A DNA stretch of 63,851 nt, taken from the NCBI GenBank assembly GCA_051294375.1, contig CM119268.1, positions 3,313,856-3,377,706 of the forward strand. Reading direction: 5' to 3'. The position numbers were made by a program, and so were the translations under genes. The first letter of the stretch is position 1; the number at the start of each line of letters is the position of its first letter. A model generated the notes under the pieces. The model saw only the letters and a list, made by a program, of their open reading frames with translations, did no database searches and was not told the origin of the DNA. Positions 41,401-55,203 of the stretch are shown here, one piece after another. This DNA comes from Paraspadella gotoi. Taxonomy: Eukaryota > Animalia > Chaetognatha.

Positions 41401-41567
41401 AAAGCCAGGTGAAAATGTGAAAAACAGTTTTGGGTTAATGGTGAAGCAGGCTTGAGGCCAAGAGCAAATGAAAGCAGCTTAGAGCCAATTGTGACGCTTG
41501 CTTTGGCCGACAGTGATCAGGACAAAGCGGAGAGCGAAAGGCGGGGGAAGGAGGGGGCGGATCCTTG
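38468..41567. repeat. ~1.8-kb tandem duplication X-Y'-Z / X-Y-Z with the middle segment Y in opposite orientation in the two copies
   Basis: X: 38468-39010 matches 40248-40665 (direct). Z: 39865-40206 matches 41271-41567 (direct). Y: ~39025-39790 is the reverse complement of ~40670-41245. Confidence 0.75.
40467..40617 (+). mobile_element. Interspersed repeat with (GACC)n tract and cttatagag terminal motif (Helentron-associated-like); related copies at ~38730-38945 and 61551-61700
   Basis: Shared text tttttcctg..ttaacaaatgagca..caactata.gc...ttat..gcattttt.aacgta.gt.gga.agac...acagaccgaccgaaaagtg at all three sites. Confidence 0.6.
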
Positions 41568-42747
41568 NNNNNNNNNNNNNNNNNNNNNNNNNNNNNNNNN
41601 NNNNNNNNNNNNNNNNNNNNNNNNNNNNNNNNNNNNNNNNNNNNNNNNNNNNNNNNNNNNNNNNNNNNNNNNNNNNNNNNNNNNNNNNNNNNNNNNNNNN
41701 NNNNNNNNNNNNNNNNNNNNNNNNNNNNNNNNNNNNNNNNNNNNNNNNNNNNNNNNNNNNNNNGGGGAAAAAGGCTGAGAAAAAGAAGAAAAAGAAGAAC
41801 AAGAAGAACAAGAAGGTAAGGGGATAATAGGTAAGTAAAGAAAATTTCATTCATGGCTTTTATATCATCAAGCGACGCAAATTGGAGGAGTTCGTTCGCT
41901 CGCAAAATTATATAAATTATCTTATTATTCTCTATTATAAATATTTTTTGGTACGCAAATTATAACGATATTATTAATTTCGTTCCGCCAATGATTAAAT
42001 CTCAACGACATTAGTTAGCGATAACTAAAACGGTTTTTAATTCCTCAATTAAACTCTAATCAATTATGAATGAATTATTTCTCTTTCGGCCATTTTCTCG
42101 ACTTTCGTGCCGTTTGATTCGCCGCCGACCCTCGAATCCGCTCTCCCCTTAAAACATTCATCACCGCGAAATTTTTTTGGGGAAATTGGTTTTTTTTTTG
42201 GGGGGGGGGATTTAAGAAAGAAAAGAGAGTTGAGTTGAGTTACCCGGTCATCGGGGGAAAAAAGAAAAGAAATGAAAGGAAAGAATAAAGGAAAGAATGA
42301 AAAAATAAGGAAAGGAAAACAAAACAAAAAAAGAGTTGGTTCTCTTTTTCAAGATCTCTGTTCCAAGATTCCTGAACTTTTAATATAAAAACCTAGTCTG
42401 TTAACAAACCCAGATCTGTTAACAAAGGCCTCATTTTATGAAATGAAAGAAAAAAAAACGAGATGAAATTAAAAGAATAAAAATTGTAGTTAGGTAAGAG
42501 TTATAAAAAAAAGTGTTTTTTTTATTTTCCTTTCGGTCTTTTTTACATCCTTTTCTTTCCTTCCTTTCATTACCTTTTCTTTCCTCTCTTTCCATTCCTT
42601 TCCTTTCCTTTTCTCCCTTTCCTTTCCTCCACCCACTTTCGCTTCCTCCGTCGATGTTCATTTCGTCTTCTTTAAATCGAAAAATCGCCAGGGGCCGCGT
42701 CGCTTCCTTTTAATTCCTTCGATTAAAAGTGGAAGATATAATTCATT

Positions 42748-42833
<86 letters not shown>

Positions 42834-43293
42834 CTCTCCATCGCTCTCTTTCTTTCGGTGTCTGTGTGTGAGTACAACGGCTCTTTGCTTAGTATTTCAC
42901 TTTTTCACATCACAAGAAGTCGGCCGAAGATAAAAATGATAAGTAAGAAAAAGATATTTAAAAACGAATTTATGCAGAAAAAAAAACCGTAACAAAACAA
43001 ATAATAACAATAATGTTAACCGTACGAATAATTAAAAAAAACATAAACAACGCAAACAATGTAAACAATGCGAACAATACAAACAATGAGTTGTTTTTTG
43101 TCTATTTCTTTTTTTTCTTCTTTGACCTTTGGCGCAACAAGCAAAGCCAAGCGAAGCCAAGCAAACAACCAAATCGACTTTTATCTAAACACTCGTTTTC
43201 TTTCAAATCCACACTCAATGCCTTACCTTGGAGTCGCAGCCGCCGCGGCCAATGTTCATTTTTTTTCCGTTTTATTTGTCCAAGGCAAATAAG

Positions 43294-43383
<90 letters not shown>

Positions 43384-43696
43384 AAAAGGGAGGAAAATCT
43401 TTCTCCTCCGACGAATTAGGCGAAAGGAAAGAAGAGAAGAGAAACCTTACCTCTCTTTTTACGTCCATCTTATCTCATTTCCTTCTCGGGTTTTCAGATC
43501 CAGTTTCCTTTTCATAGAGTATTGTATGATATAGAATTATATATGTTTATATATACTTAGTATTACGATCGATCTATTATGTACTGTAGCAGATAGCGCG
43601 CCGATATACTGCATAGCTTTTCTAATAGTTTTCGCTTTACATATATTCATTATTCATACAACGACTGTGCCATTTTTCGTTCGAACCATTTCATTA

Positions 43697-43731
<35 letters not shown>

Positions 43732-44089
43732 GGGCGGATTTCCTTCGATAGACGAATCCACCGATTTTATGATAAAGACTCCATTGACTTTTTTCCTTTT
43801 CTCTCTCTTTCTTCATCATCGAAGCAGAAGGAAAGGAAAAAAGGAAGAAAATTGGAAAAAAGGGAAAAAATTAAGAAAGAAAAAAAAAAGGAAAATTAAA
43901 AGAAGAATAAAAAAGATACGTAAATTAAAATTAAGAAATAAGCATACAAACTAAAATGACAACAACAAAAAAAATTGAAAATTCGGGCTCTCTTTTCCGT
44001 CAGTGCCCGATTTCTGTTCTTTTTTTTTCCAGAAATTTAATTCTAACTTTATTCGATAATCAAATATATAATGAAACTTATCAACCAAT

Positions 44090-44340
44090 TCCTAACCCTA
44101 ATCCCTACCCCTAATCCCGAACCCTAACCCAATAATCTAATCATAATCCCAAGCCCTAATCTCGAACCCTAACCCAATACTCAACTTTAATCCTAAACCT
44201 TTTTCTCTAATTTTTAATCTTAACCTTTAACCTTAAATACTAATCCTAACCTAAATCACTAACCATGATCACAAACCAAACTCCCGTATTCTAACCACTA
44301 ACCTCATCGCCAACCTAAAACCAAACCTTAAACTCTGACT
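44090..44340 (+). repeat. Degenerate (TAACCC)n-like tract; similar tracts at ~8350-8440, ~48120-48195 and ~55400-55445
   Basis: cctaaccctaatccctacccctaatcccgaaccctaaccc..., an imperfect hexamer periodicity. Confidence 0.55.
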
Positions 44341-45506
44341 TATTTTTTTAACATAAAAAATTTACCTAAATCCGAATTTAAGAATAAAAAAAGGCGTTTT
44401 AGGAAAATAATGCAAAAAAGGGGATGGAACGGACGGTTTTTTGTGGTTCGTCAAAAGGCGGTTTGCATGAGTGTTTCTGACTACGCGAACTGTTGTCAAT
44501 GTGTTCATTGTTGTGGTTTATATTGTTTGTTTTTATTGTTGTTGTTTACAAGATAAATAATTTGGTTTTTATATTAGATTGCAACGCTAAATCTAATTTA
44601 CATTTTGTAGTATTCGGTACAAGTTTGGTTGATTACGCTGTGTGATGAGGTTTTGAACTTAACGAACAAATGCTGGTCATTACGATAGAAAGTCTGATCG
44701 GACCAGATTTAAAATGTAAGGGAAACAGATTATCGCAAGAAGGCGAAAGGTGACAAAGAAGGGAGAGAATATGAGGACACGAGTTTGCGGATAAAATCTT
44801 TCANNNNNNNNNNGTGGCAAAGAAGGAAAAGAATATGAGGACACGAGTTTACGGATAAAATCTTTCANNNNNNNNNNTTCCACGAAACAAATGAGTTTTA
44901 AAACTGTAGAGGCAACGTTGAGCATCGGACCTTTGACGTCGTCGTCTTCGTCGTCGTCGTCGTTGTCGTCGTCGTCTTAATCCCTATCTTCAATAATGGA
45001 GTCTTATAAAATTAGAAAACGATTTTTAGCTAAATCGGACAGTTTTAAATCAATTTTTAGATTTGGGCAAATTATTTAAAATTGCCAGGTGACATTCGTT
45101 TTCTTTCTCTTTTTTCTTTTACTTTACCTTTTAACTTACCTTTTAACTTACTTTTTTCTTTATCCCCTCTGCCTTCTTTTTTTTTCTTTCTTCTTTTATC
45201 TCATTTATTCCTTCCTCCATCTTTCTCCCTTTTCTTCTCCTACTTTCCTCCGTTTAATTGTTTTTCCTTTTTTTCTCCTTTTTTCTCCTTTTTTTTGCTC
45301 CATTGACGCCGACAATGGATGCTTAAGCTAAGCGACGTGATGGAGGAAACGTGAAATGAGGGGAAAACAAAAAAAGTAAGAAATGAGGAAACAAAAAAAA
45401 TGAAAGAAAAAGAAAAGAAAGGGAAGACGATGAAGCAAAAAAGGAAAGGAGGAGAAGAAATAAATTTCAGATGGTCGTAGCTTTGGCCAAAATAGTTAAA
45501 GGATGG

Positions 45507-45598
<92 letters not shown>

Positions 45599-45926
45599 AT
45601 ATTCCTTATTATAAGAAATGCTCCTCGGAGTCGGTTCAATTTAAAAGTTTTTATCGTCAAGAAACTAAAATTATTCGATGGTGACGCCAACGAGAAAATA
45701 ACGAAAAATCGATTATGATTTGTTAAAAAATGATAAAAAAATGAATATATTAAGTATGATCCCTTAAGTACTGAGAGATGTATCGAGGGAAAAAAACCAA
45801 CTAATTAAATAATGAAATAGACATTTTAACCGACTTAACAAAGGTTTCCATTATTAAGTCAGAAGCAGAGAAGAACAAAAAAAGGAAAGCAGGAAAGACA
45901 ATTGGACGGGTAACATCACCGACTCC

Positions 45927-46027
<101 letters not shown>

Positions 46028-46380
46028 ATCCGACTGTCTAGTTCCGCATGGCTGGTTCTTTCCCTTTGAGATGCATGGACACGCGTCTGACTGATGGAGG
46101 ACGATCCGAGCGAGTGAAGGGTGGGTGGAGTAGAAAGAGAGGAGGGGGAAGGGAAGGAGGGAGGAAAGGAGGGAGAAGAGAGAAGAGAGGGAGGAGGAAA
46201 AAGGATGGGGAGGAGCGGAGGAGGAGAGAGGGACGGAGGAAGAAGGGAAGGAGAGGTAGGATGATGAGAGGGAGGGTGAGGGAAGAGAAGGTGACTGAGA
46301 AGAGAAAGAGTGGAAGTAGTAAAAGGGAAAGGAAGTAGGAATCAAAGAGGAAAGAGTGTAAAGGGAAAAAGAGTGAAATA

Positions 46381-46430
46381 AGGAAGGAAGGAAGGAAGGA
46401 AGGAAGGAAGGAAGGAAGGAAGGAAGGAAG

Positions 46431-46527
<97 letters not shown>

Positions 46528-46530
46528 GAA
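46381..46530 (+). repeat. Compound (GGAA)n(GAAA)n microsatellite; representative of the many SSRs, e.g. (CT)n 9216-9334 and 24320-24451, (GA)n 26045-26151, (GAC)n 8104-8174, (CTTT)n 62860-62941
   Basis: Directly visible. These tracts explain most ORF-track entries (SLSL, ERER, poly-K/F/D). Confidence 0.95.
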
Positions 46531-49500
46531 GGTATAATCAACCTTTGTTAGAACTTGGAAGATTCTTGAAAATTTATAAGTAAATAGATAAAATAGTACA
46601 AAAAATATGGTTCGTGTTATGTATTTAAGGGATTAGCGACAATATTTTATTCATCAAGATTGCTTTGAATTTGCGCTAAAAAAGTCGGTGCGACTCAGAA
46701 ACGTGAAAGAAAAAAAGGTTGAAAACGCGAGGATGAATTAGATGAAGATTGAAGATTGGTGGCGATTGGCGGACGGTGGATTGTGTGGACTTTCTTGTGG
46801 GGAGTGTGGGGAAACTGTGGAGAGGGTTTTGTGGGGGGCATCATTGTAAGCGTTTAAAGGCGTGCCTTCTCAAAAGTGGAATTGTAGCTTAAAAGCTTAT
46901 GAAAGATTCTACAGACGAAAGCAAAGAGGAGCAGTGTTGCATTTGCCAAAAAAAGGTAAGCAAAGGAGGTGTTGCAAGAGCGACTTGCAACCCTGAGAGT
47001 CGAAAGCGATGATGATGACGATGATGATGATGATGATAATTTTGATGATGATGATTATGATGATAATGATGAATTTTGACGCAATAGGAGGAAGCGAAGA
47101 GGAAGAAAGAGAGGAAGGTGAAGAAAAGAAAAAGAGAGGAGAGAGAGGAAAAGATAGGAAAGGGAGGGAGAAGAAAAGAGAGGAAAGGGAGGGAGAGAAA
47201 AAGAGAGGAAAGGTAGGGAGAGCAAAAGAGAAGAAATGGAGGGAGAGGAATGAGAGAAAAGGGAGAGAAGATATAGAAGAAAGAATGAAAACAAGTGACT
47301 CGTTAATTACATTTTTTTAATATTCATATCTGACTTTTTTCAATATTTAACAATATTGTTAAAAAGATAAGAAAGACGAAAGAAAGAAAGAAAGAAAAGA
47401 AAGAAAAGAAAGAAAAGAAAGAAAGAAAGAAAGAAAGAAAGAAAAGAAAGAAAAGAAAGAAAGAAAGAAAGAAAGAAAGAAGAGGCTTAATGAAGAGATA
47501 GAAGGATTTAAGGCAAGCTACGTGCCCGGCTGAAGAGCGAGAGGTGAAAGTTTAAAGAGACGGTAATGAAAAAGAGGCGGGGAGAAAGANNNNNNNNNNN
47601 NNNNNNNNNNNNNNNNNNNNNNNNNNNNNNNNNNNNNNNNNNNNNNNNNNNNNNNNNNNNNNNNNNNNNNNNNNNNNNNNNNNNNNNNNNNNNNNNNNNN
47701 NNNNNNNNNNNNNNNNNNNNNNNNNNNNNNNNNNNNNNNNNNNNNNNNNNNNNNNNNNNNNNNNNNNNNNNNNNNNNNNNNNNNNNNNNNNNNNNNNNNN
47801 NNNNNNNNNNNNNNNNNNNNNNNNNNNNNNNNNGAGAAGAAATTAAGTAGAGACGGATGATGTGACGAAGAAAAATTATAGAAGAGTAAAGGAGAATATC
47901 GAAGAAACGAAGAGAAGAGAAGGGAGAATGAATAAGAAAAGAAAAGTGAGTGAGAGAAGAAAGTTAAGGCGAGACCGCAGCCAATGAACTGAACTATAAA
48001 ATACACGACGAGGGACAAACGTATCTTCCAAAGGGACCCCGTTTCAGAGTTTGTAACTCTCGCGGTGACTTAGAAGAATTAAGTTAATTTTATAAGGTAT
48101 GGGGTGAGGTTAATTATATGGGTTATGGGTGAGTTTAGAGATTTGGTTAAAGATTAGGGGTAGAGTTTGGATCTTAATTAAGTTCAGGGATTAGGAACGG
48201 AAACGGGGCGCTTTTAGCGAATAGTGCCCAGAGACAGAGAACTAGTATTTTTGGAAGATTATGAACTGAAATAAATTTGTTAGTTAATGAAATNNNNNNN
48301 NNNNNNNNNNNNNNNNNNNNNNNNNNNNNNNNNNNNNNNNNNNNNNNNNNNNNNNNNNNNNNNNNNNNNNNNNNNNNNNNNNNNNNNNNNNNNNNNNNNN
48401 NNNNNNNNNNNNNNNNNNNNNNNNNNNNNNNNNNNNNNNNNNNNNNNNNNNNNNNNNNNNNNNNNNNNNNNNNNNNNNNNNNNNNNNNNNNNNNNNNNNN
48501 NNNNNNNNNNNAGAGAGAGAGAGAGAGAGAGAGAGCGATCTAAGGTCGAAAGATGAAAGGGTGAAGTTTGATGGAAAGCGAAGGAAAGAAAAAAAAATAT
48601 TGAGGAAAGAAACAGGGCGTAAATCAAACTTGGCCGAAAGGAGAGAGAAAAAAAGGAGAGCAGAGAGAGAAGATTCGCGAAAGGAATCCATGAGTTAAAG
48701 GGCAACTGGAGACGAGAGAGAGAGAGAAGAGAGGAGAGAGAGAGACGAGAGAGAGAGAGACGAAGAGAGAGAGACGAGCAGATAGAGAGACGAGAGAGAG
48801 ATGAGAGCAGAGAAAAGCGAAAAAAATATTCCTTTGATATGCGCGCCAGCAGAACAAATTAAATTAATCAAATATTCAATTAGTTTCATTTTTTTTTAAT
48901 TATCAAGGAAAGACACAATAGTAGAAAAGAGTTTTGTCTCAAACGAAGCGCAACGTTATTCAGAAAATCAACAACAACAACGACAGGGACAATAAAGGTT
49001 TTGTATAAAAGAAACAACAAAACCTTTTAATTTAATCGAATCGATTCTTTCTCTGGACTTTTTCCTTGTTTTAAACATACTAGTATATACTCTATTTTAT
49101 TTTGCTTAATTTGTCTGTCAATTCATATAAAAAACAACTCAAAATGATTGAGCCACAACAAGAAGTTTCTATTACAGAAATTTATAACCATGTAAAAAAG
49201 AAAAAAAAATTAAATAAACTAACAAACAAATAATTTGTTTATTCCTCAACAATCGAATCAATTGAGACAAGTTTTTTTTTTCCTCTCGTGAGTCGTGAGT
49301 CGTGAGATCGGCGTCGCTCGAGTTTCACGCTCACTAATGTGATAAGATTTTCTCGTCGCCCGTCTGCCCACCCTCCCAAGTGTCACGCTCCCTTCGCTTC
49401 ACCTCAGTCTCCTCCACCGCCCCCGACCCATTCTCACTTTTCCCTCTCGCTTCCTCAAAAGTATCAAGTTTCATCTCACGCGAGAAGAAAGAAAAAAGGT

Positions 49501-49654
49501 TTGACGAAGGCGGAGAAAAATCATGACCGCTAACCGCATTGGGTAGATACTCACGTGTTAGTTTTATTTAAACTGTCGCTTAACATTCTAAAAATTAAGC
49601 TATTGAAGAGATAGTGATTATTGTTAAGTGTTAGTGACAGCACCGTTCAATATA

Positions 49655-49802
49655 AGCAGTCCCTGAGCTCCGGATCAGAATGTAACACGGTGTTACAGGC
49701 GGGTTAAGCACCCCGACCCTCTTAACAGCCAGGCGACCACCGGGCTAGAACCCCGGACCTTTGGGTTGGGAGGCGAATGACTTACCTCGGGCACCAATGG
49801 CC
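49655..49802 (-). mobile_element. tRNA-derived SINE copy
   Basis: Minus strand ggccatTGGTGCCCGAGGtaagtcattcgcctcccaacccaaaggtccggGGTTCTAGCCCggtgg...: A-box, anticodon-like loop and B-box, followed by a non-tRNA body. Confidence 0.6.
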
Positions 49803-52174
49803 ACTGATGAACGGTTGGTGGATTTTAGTCCACCATACTATGATAATTAATCAAGGATAAGTACTCTGATAGTATGAGACTATTCAGCGTATAATTTTCA
49901 TGTTTACCCTTAAAGTTAAAATGTTGTCCATCCATTTTTCGCCGATTCCGTCTCTGTTTTATTCGCAACAGAATCGAAAATGCTATACACAGTAGGTAGT
50001 AAATAAATTGTAAATTCGTCGTAAATTCGTCGTAATGAGCAGTAAAAAATCAAATGAGAAGACAAATGACAATGAATGAAGATTCGCTCAGGGCGCCGCC
50101 CCGAGCAACTCTCTCTCTCTCTCNNNNNNNNNNNNNNNNNNNNNNNNNNNNNNNNNNNNNNNNNNNNNNNNNNNNNNNNNNNNNNNNNNNNNNNNNNNNN
50201 NNNNNNNNNNNNNNNNNNNNNNNNNNNNNNNNNNNNNNNNNNNNNNNNNNNNNNNNNNNNNNNNNNNNNNNNNNNNNNNNNNNNNNNNNNNNNNNNNNNN
50301 NNNNNNNNNNNNNNNNNNNNNNNNNNNNNNNNNNNTCTGCAACAGGTAAAATAACGCAGCGCCCGCAGCGTGCCGTCTAGTTCCAATGCAGCAGCTGCTG
50401 CTGCGACAGCCACGTATCCCACCCAGGGACTCAGGCCAGTCTCTGCTGAGGCTGGCGCTGCTGCTTCCTGCGGCATCGGGTAAGAAAGTTTGAAAGATAA
50501 GGTTACGCTGCCGAAACCCGTTTTAACTATTCTTTTCTTTTTTTTAATTCTCTCTCTCTGTCTCTGTCTTTCTTTGTAATTAAAAGAGAAAGAAATGGGA
50601 GTGATATTTTAACGAATCTCGAAAATTAAAAACAAGATTTTTTATTATTTTAATTTTTTTTTCCAAGTGGATTTTTTCCAGAGGTCGTTTACTTCGCAAT
50701 TGAAAAGCGATGTTGCGCTTGGTTAAAAAAATATTTGATTTGAACTTACCATGTTGCTATGAAATTACCCTTACAAATACTGAAAAGAGCTAAGGAAATT
50801 TAGGCATTTATTACAAACAAATGAAATATATTATGACGATTCCACACTTACACATGACTTTGGTTTGTAAATTCTGACTAAATTTTGCCAAANNNNNNNN
50901 NNNNNNNNNNNNNNNNNNNNNNNNNNNNNNNNNNNNNNNNNNNNNNNNNNNNNNNNNNNNNNNNNNNNNNNNNNNNNNNNNNNNNNNNNNNNNNNNNNNN
51001 NNNNNNNNNNNNNNNNNNNNNNNNNNNNNNNNNNNNNNNNNNNNNNNNNNNNNNNNNNNNNNNNNNNNNNNNNNNNNNNNNNNNNNNNNNNNNNNNNNNN
51101 NNNNNNNNNNNNNNNNNNNNNNNNNNNNNNNNNNNNNNNNNNNNNNNNNNNNNNNNNNNNNNNNNNNNNNNNNNNNNNNNNNNNNNNNNNNNNNNNATTT
51201 TTTTTCTTTGGTTTAGTGCAATGAATCCGCCACAAATGCTCGATGTAAAATTGTAAATATACAGCTATTTGCATTATATTTTCGTTTATAATAGTTCTCT
51301 TTCTTTTTTAATTCCGTGATTTTTTTTCAACTTTATTTATAAATTCTTTATTCCTTATGAAATCGTATTTATTCCTCATTTCTAGACGCCAAGTCATCAA
51401 TTCTTGACTCCACTTCCTTAATTCACTTCTCCTCATTCGTTCACGATTCTTTAATTCACTCTTCGCCATTCATCACGCAACATCACTCACCAATTTTCTT
51501 CCCCATTCACTCGTTTACTTCCTCATTTTTCTTCACATTTCACTCACGTTACATTCATATTTTACACTACGCCGTTCACCAACGCCACCACACCACATCA
51601 AATTTCCACGCCCCTCTCTCACGTCACATCTTCCCTTAAATCCTCTCCACTCCCTCATGCCAAACTCAGCCCTTTTCACAGCCTCACTTCTTTTTTCTTC
51701 ACACTTATCTCAAGAATCCTTATCGTAATTTTTTTAAATTCTTCTTCGGTTTTCACGTCTTTCAATTTCACATTAGATAATTTATCCGTTTTTATTTTAT
51801 TTTTTTTTATTTATTTTTTTTTGTTGCGGTTTTTCATTTCGTTTGATCTCATCGGTTTTGAGATAAGGAATTCCAAAACGACAGTTCACGAATCACGAAT
51901 CACGATCTCGTTTTTGATATCGAGTTGTTTTTTTTTCACTGCTCTCACAATTCGCGTCTGTCCGGAAAACTAATTTAACGACTACAATAAATGTTTGATA
52001 AATTTACTGTAAAAAGAAAGCCTAGACATTTTAAGAATTTTAGTTTATTAACAATTAGTCGTGATACGATTATGACAATAACTTTTAATTAGATTTATCT
52101 CAAATTAAACAATACTTTAATTTTTATCAAAGTTTAAAAAATATATTTCTGTTGTGGCCACAAAATCTGTCAAC

Positions 52175-52264
<90 letters not shown>

Positions 52265-53458
52265 GTCTCTCGATTGACAACAACAACGACAAAAAAGGAC
52301 TAAAAATCATTGACACGGAAAAGAATTGTTACTTTTTGATTCGTTTTTAATCGAATGTTAAGCGAAGACGAAGAATCGATGTCTTCGCACGCAAAGATTC
52401 AATTCGATACAAGATACAAACCTGAGAACAAAAACACTTTTTTTTTGAAAAAAAAAATATCTTAAAAAAAAAACCGAATAACTTGAAAATGTCAAACTAA
52501 GAAAAAAACTACAAAAATTCTGGTGTTCGCAATNNNNNNNNNNNNNNNNNNNNNNNNNNNNNNNNNNNNNNNNNNNNNNNNNNNNNNNNNNNNNNNNNNN
52601 NNNNNNNNNNNNNNNNNNNNNNNNNNNNNNNNNNNNNNNNNNNNNNNNNNNNNNNNNNNNNNNNNNNNNNNNNNNNNNNNNNNNNNNNNNNNNNNNNNNN
52701 NNNNNNNNNNNNNNNNNNNNNNNNNNNNNNNNNNNNNNNNNNNNNNNNNNNNNNNNNNNNNNNNNNNNNNNNNNNNNNNNNNNNNNNNNNNNNNNNNNNN
52801 NNNNNNNNNNNNNNNNNNNNNNNNNNNNNNNNNNNNNNNNNNNNNNNNNNNNNNNNNNNNNNNNNNNNNNNNNNNNNNNNNNNNNNNNNNNNNNNNNNNN
52901 NNNNNNNNNNNNNNNNNNNNNNNTCTCTTTCTTATGTCTTTCAATTTTCGAAACTCTTCAAATTCTCTTTCCTCCATTTTTAATTTTATCGCTCGTCGTA
53001 GAAGGTATGCNNNNNNNNNNNNNNNNNNNNNNNNNNNNNNNNNNNNNNNNNNNNNNNNNNNNNNNNNNNNNNNNNNNNNNNNNNNNNNNNNNNNNNNNNN
53101 NNNNNNNNNNNNNNNNNNNNNNNNNNNNNNNNNNNNNNNAGAGAGAGAGAGAGAGAGAGAGAGATGCTCCATCTAAACAAAGCTTCCATTGCTGTTTTAA
53201 ACAAAATTTGATTGTCCCATTTAATGGAATTTTTATAACATTTTCAATGTGATTGCGCTAAATCTGGTCACCTTGTTTGACCCCAAGTTTGACCACTTTG
53301 GATTCGAGAGCAATGTGATTCGCGATATGATTCGCCTCACTCTTTAGATGGATTTAATTAAATCTAAATTTAAAAATGTCGAAACAAATTTGAATTTTGC
53401 AGACAGGGTCTCAGGATCTCACGGTCTCTGGGTCTCTTTGGTTGCTACGTTTCTCGCG

Positions 53459-53502
53459 TATGAACCTTAGATGGATTTAATTAAAACCATCTAAGGTTCA
53501 TA
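53459..53502. repeat. Perfect 16-bp-stem hairpin
   Basis: tatgaaccttagatgg-atttaattaaaa-ccatctaaggttcata. Confidence 0.85.
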
Positions 53503-53851
53503 TAGGGGTTCATTTAGAATATTGACTTAGAAAATCAAAAAAGGCGAAAAAGAAGGAATAAATTTAAACGTCATTTTTATTAATTTTGATTAGAAGAGGA
53601 AGTAAAGAGCAGAGTTGCTGAGACGGTATAACAAAATTGTAATGAATATCTCTCTTTCTAGTTTTCTACTCTGACCTTAAATTGTTCTTCCCCTATTTTT
53701 TTCTCAACATTCGTTCTCATTCCCTGCTCTCTTTCTTCACCTGCGATTCACTTCTTACTTCACTCTCCTTCCCCATGCTATCTCCTACTCGTGCGAGTTT
53801 TACGCATGATGATGACTACGCATATCACGAGCAAGTTTATTTCCTCTCTGC

Positions 53852-53885
<34 letters not shown>

Positions 53886-55059
53886 CTCTTCTCTCTCTCT
53901 CTCTCTCTCTCTCAAATTTTCTTCTTCTTCTCTCCTCTCTCTCTCTCTCATCCTATCTCCACTCCACCTCGACAACTTCCCATCTATCACAAATGGTGTG
54001 CGATAATCTTTTTTTGCTCCGAATAAACTAAACTCCTTGCCTAACTACTCCCTCTGTACTCTCCCTCACCCCCCCTCCCCCCCCCCCCTCAATTCGTGCT
54101 TTTTAGTTAGGTCTTCCGATGATTTCTTCCCAGTGGCTGAAGAGGCCGGCATGGCGTCTCACATGTGGCTGGCATGCGGTGGCGGCGGCTGGCGGCGGCC
54201 GCGGCAGGCGGCTACTCGTTTAAACCACGAAGACAAATCTAAAAAGAGTCTGGAGTAAGATAAAAAAAAAAAAACCTCTTTCCTTTCTCTCCACTTCCGG
54301 TAGACCTCACTTTCCGGACGTAATCGAACGGTCCCACCCTCCACTCCTCTACTACATCCTAATGCCCACCCCCTTCCTCGCGTCGAAAACCACGCCTTCC
54401 TTCGTACCACAACGCGGATCCCTGTACGAACGTATCTTTGTTTAACAACACCCGTCCAACTTCCTCAGCACCGCGCTCACGCGCGCACAGCGTCCGCCGC
54501 TACCCCTTCGGATCTAAATCTGCCGGCTTCGAAATTAGCGGTTCCGCACAACAAGACTGAAACGTCTAACAACTGAAAGAGTTTGGTTTCAGTTTTATTT
54601 ACTGACATACATCGCTTTAGGCGTAAGTTCATCTTCCTCCTCCCTCCTCCTCCTCTGCTCCTCCTCCTCTTCTCTTCCCCCAGTTTAAACTTCCCTTGTT
54701 CCTCGCGGCGCCAGATTTTCATGTCTCCCGCGGGATCCATCGCTTTAAACCATTGCCTTCCCCCTTCCCTCCGCTTTCGCCCCTTCCTATTCCCCGTATC
54801 GATTCTTTTTCCCCCCCTCCTCTCTCCCCTCCTCCCCTTTCCCCTCTCCACCTTCCCTCCCCCTTCTTCATCCCCCCCTTCAGTTTTTTCCTTCACCCCG
54901 AAAACGAAGCGCGCCACCTGCTGAAGAAACTTAATACAAAGCAAAAACCGACAACGACGACAACAACACAACAACGACGCCTCTTAATTTTCACGTTTAT
55001 CCTACTTTGTAATTCGTCTTAGAAGAGACGAACCGCTAGGGCTGGAACTTGCGTTACGG

Positions 55060-55203
55060 GCTTTCGAAACTTCTGATCAGACTGTAGCCCGCCACTACTC
55101 ATTGGTTAGACGTCCTATCCTTCTTATACGATGAATAGAGAGGGAGCGAACTCGAAGCCTTTGAGTTGAAAGGAGCGCGTGCTACCTCCGCCGCCAATGG
55201 TGG
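55060..55203 (-). mobile_element. Second, diverged copy of the same tRNA-derived SINE family
   Basis: Minus strand ccatTGGCGGCGGAGGtagcacgcgctcctttcaactcaaaggcttcgAGTTCGCTCCC aligns with the 49.7-kb head. Body motif cttctgatcagactgtagc resembles ctccggatcagaatgtaac. Confidence 0.5.

Noticed and set aside
44090-44340. True telomere or chromosome-fusion site
   Set aside because: Highly degenerate, short, and recurring at several interstitial sites in both orientations. More likely part of a dispersed repeat.
44750-44877. ~50-bp direct repeat separated by 10-N gaps
   Set aside because: Looks like two alleles placed side by side by the scaffolder rather than a real repeat.
49740-49802. Functional tRNA genes (also 23945-24012, 55135-55203)
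   Set aside because: A and B boxes are present but acceptor and anticodon stems pair poorly by eye. They fit SINE heads better.
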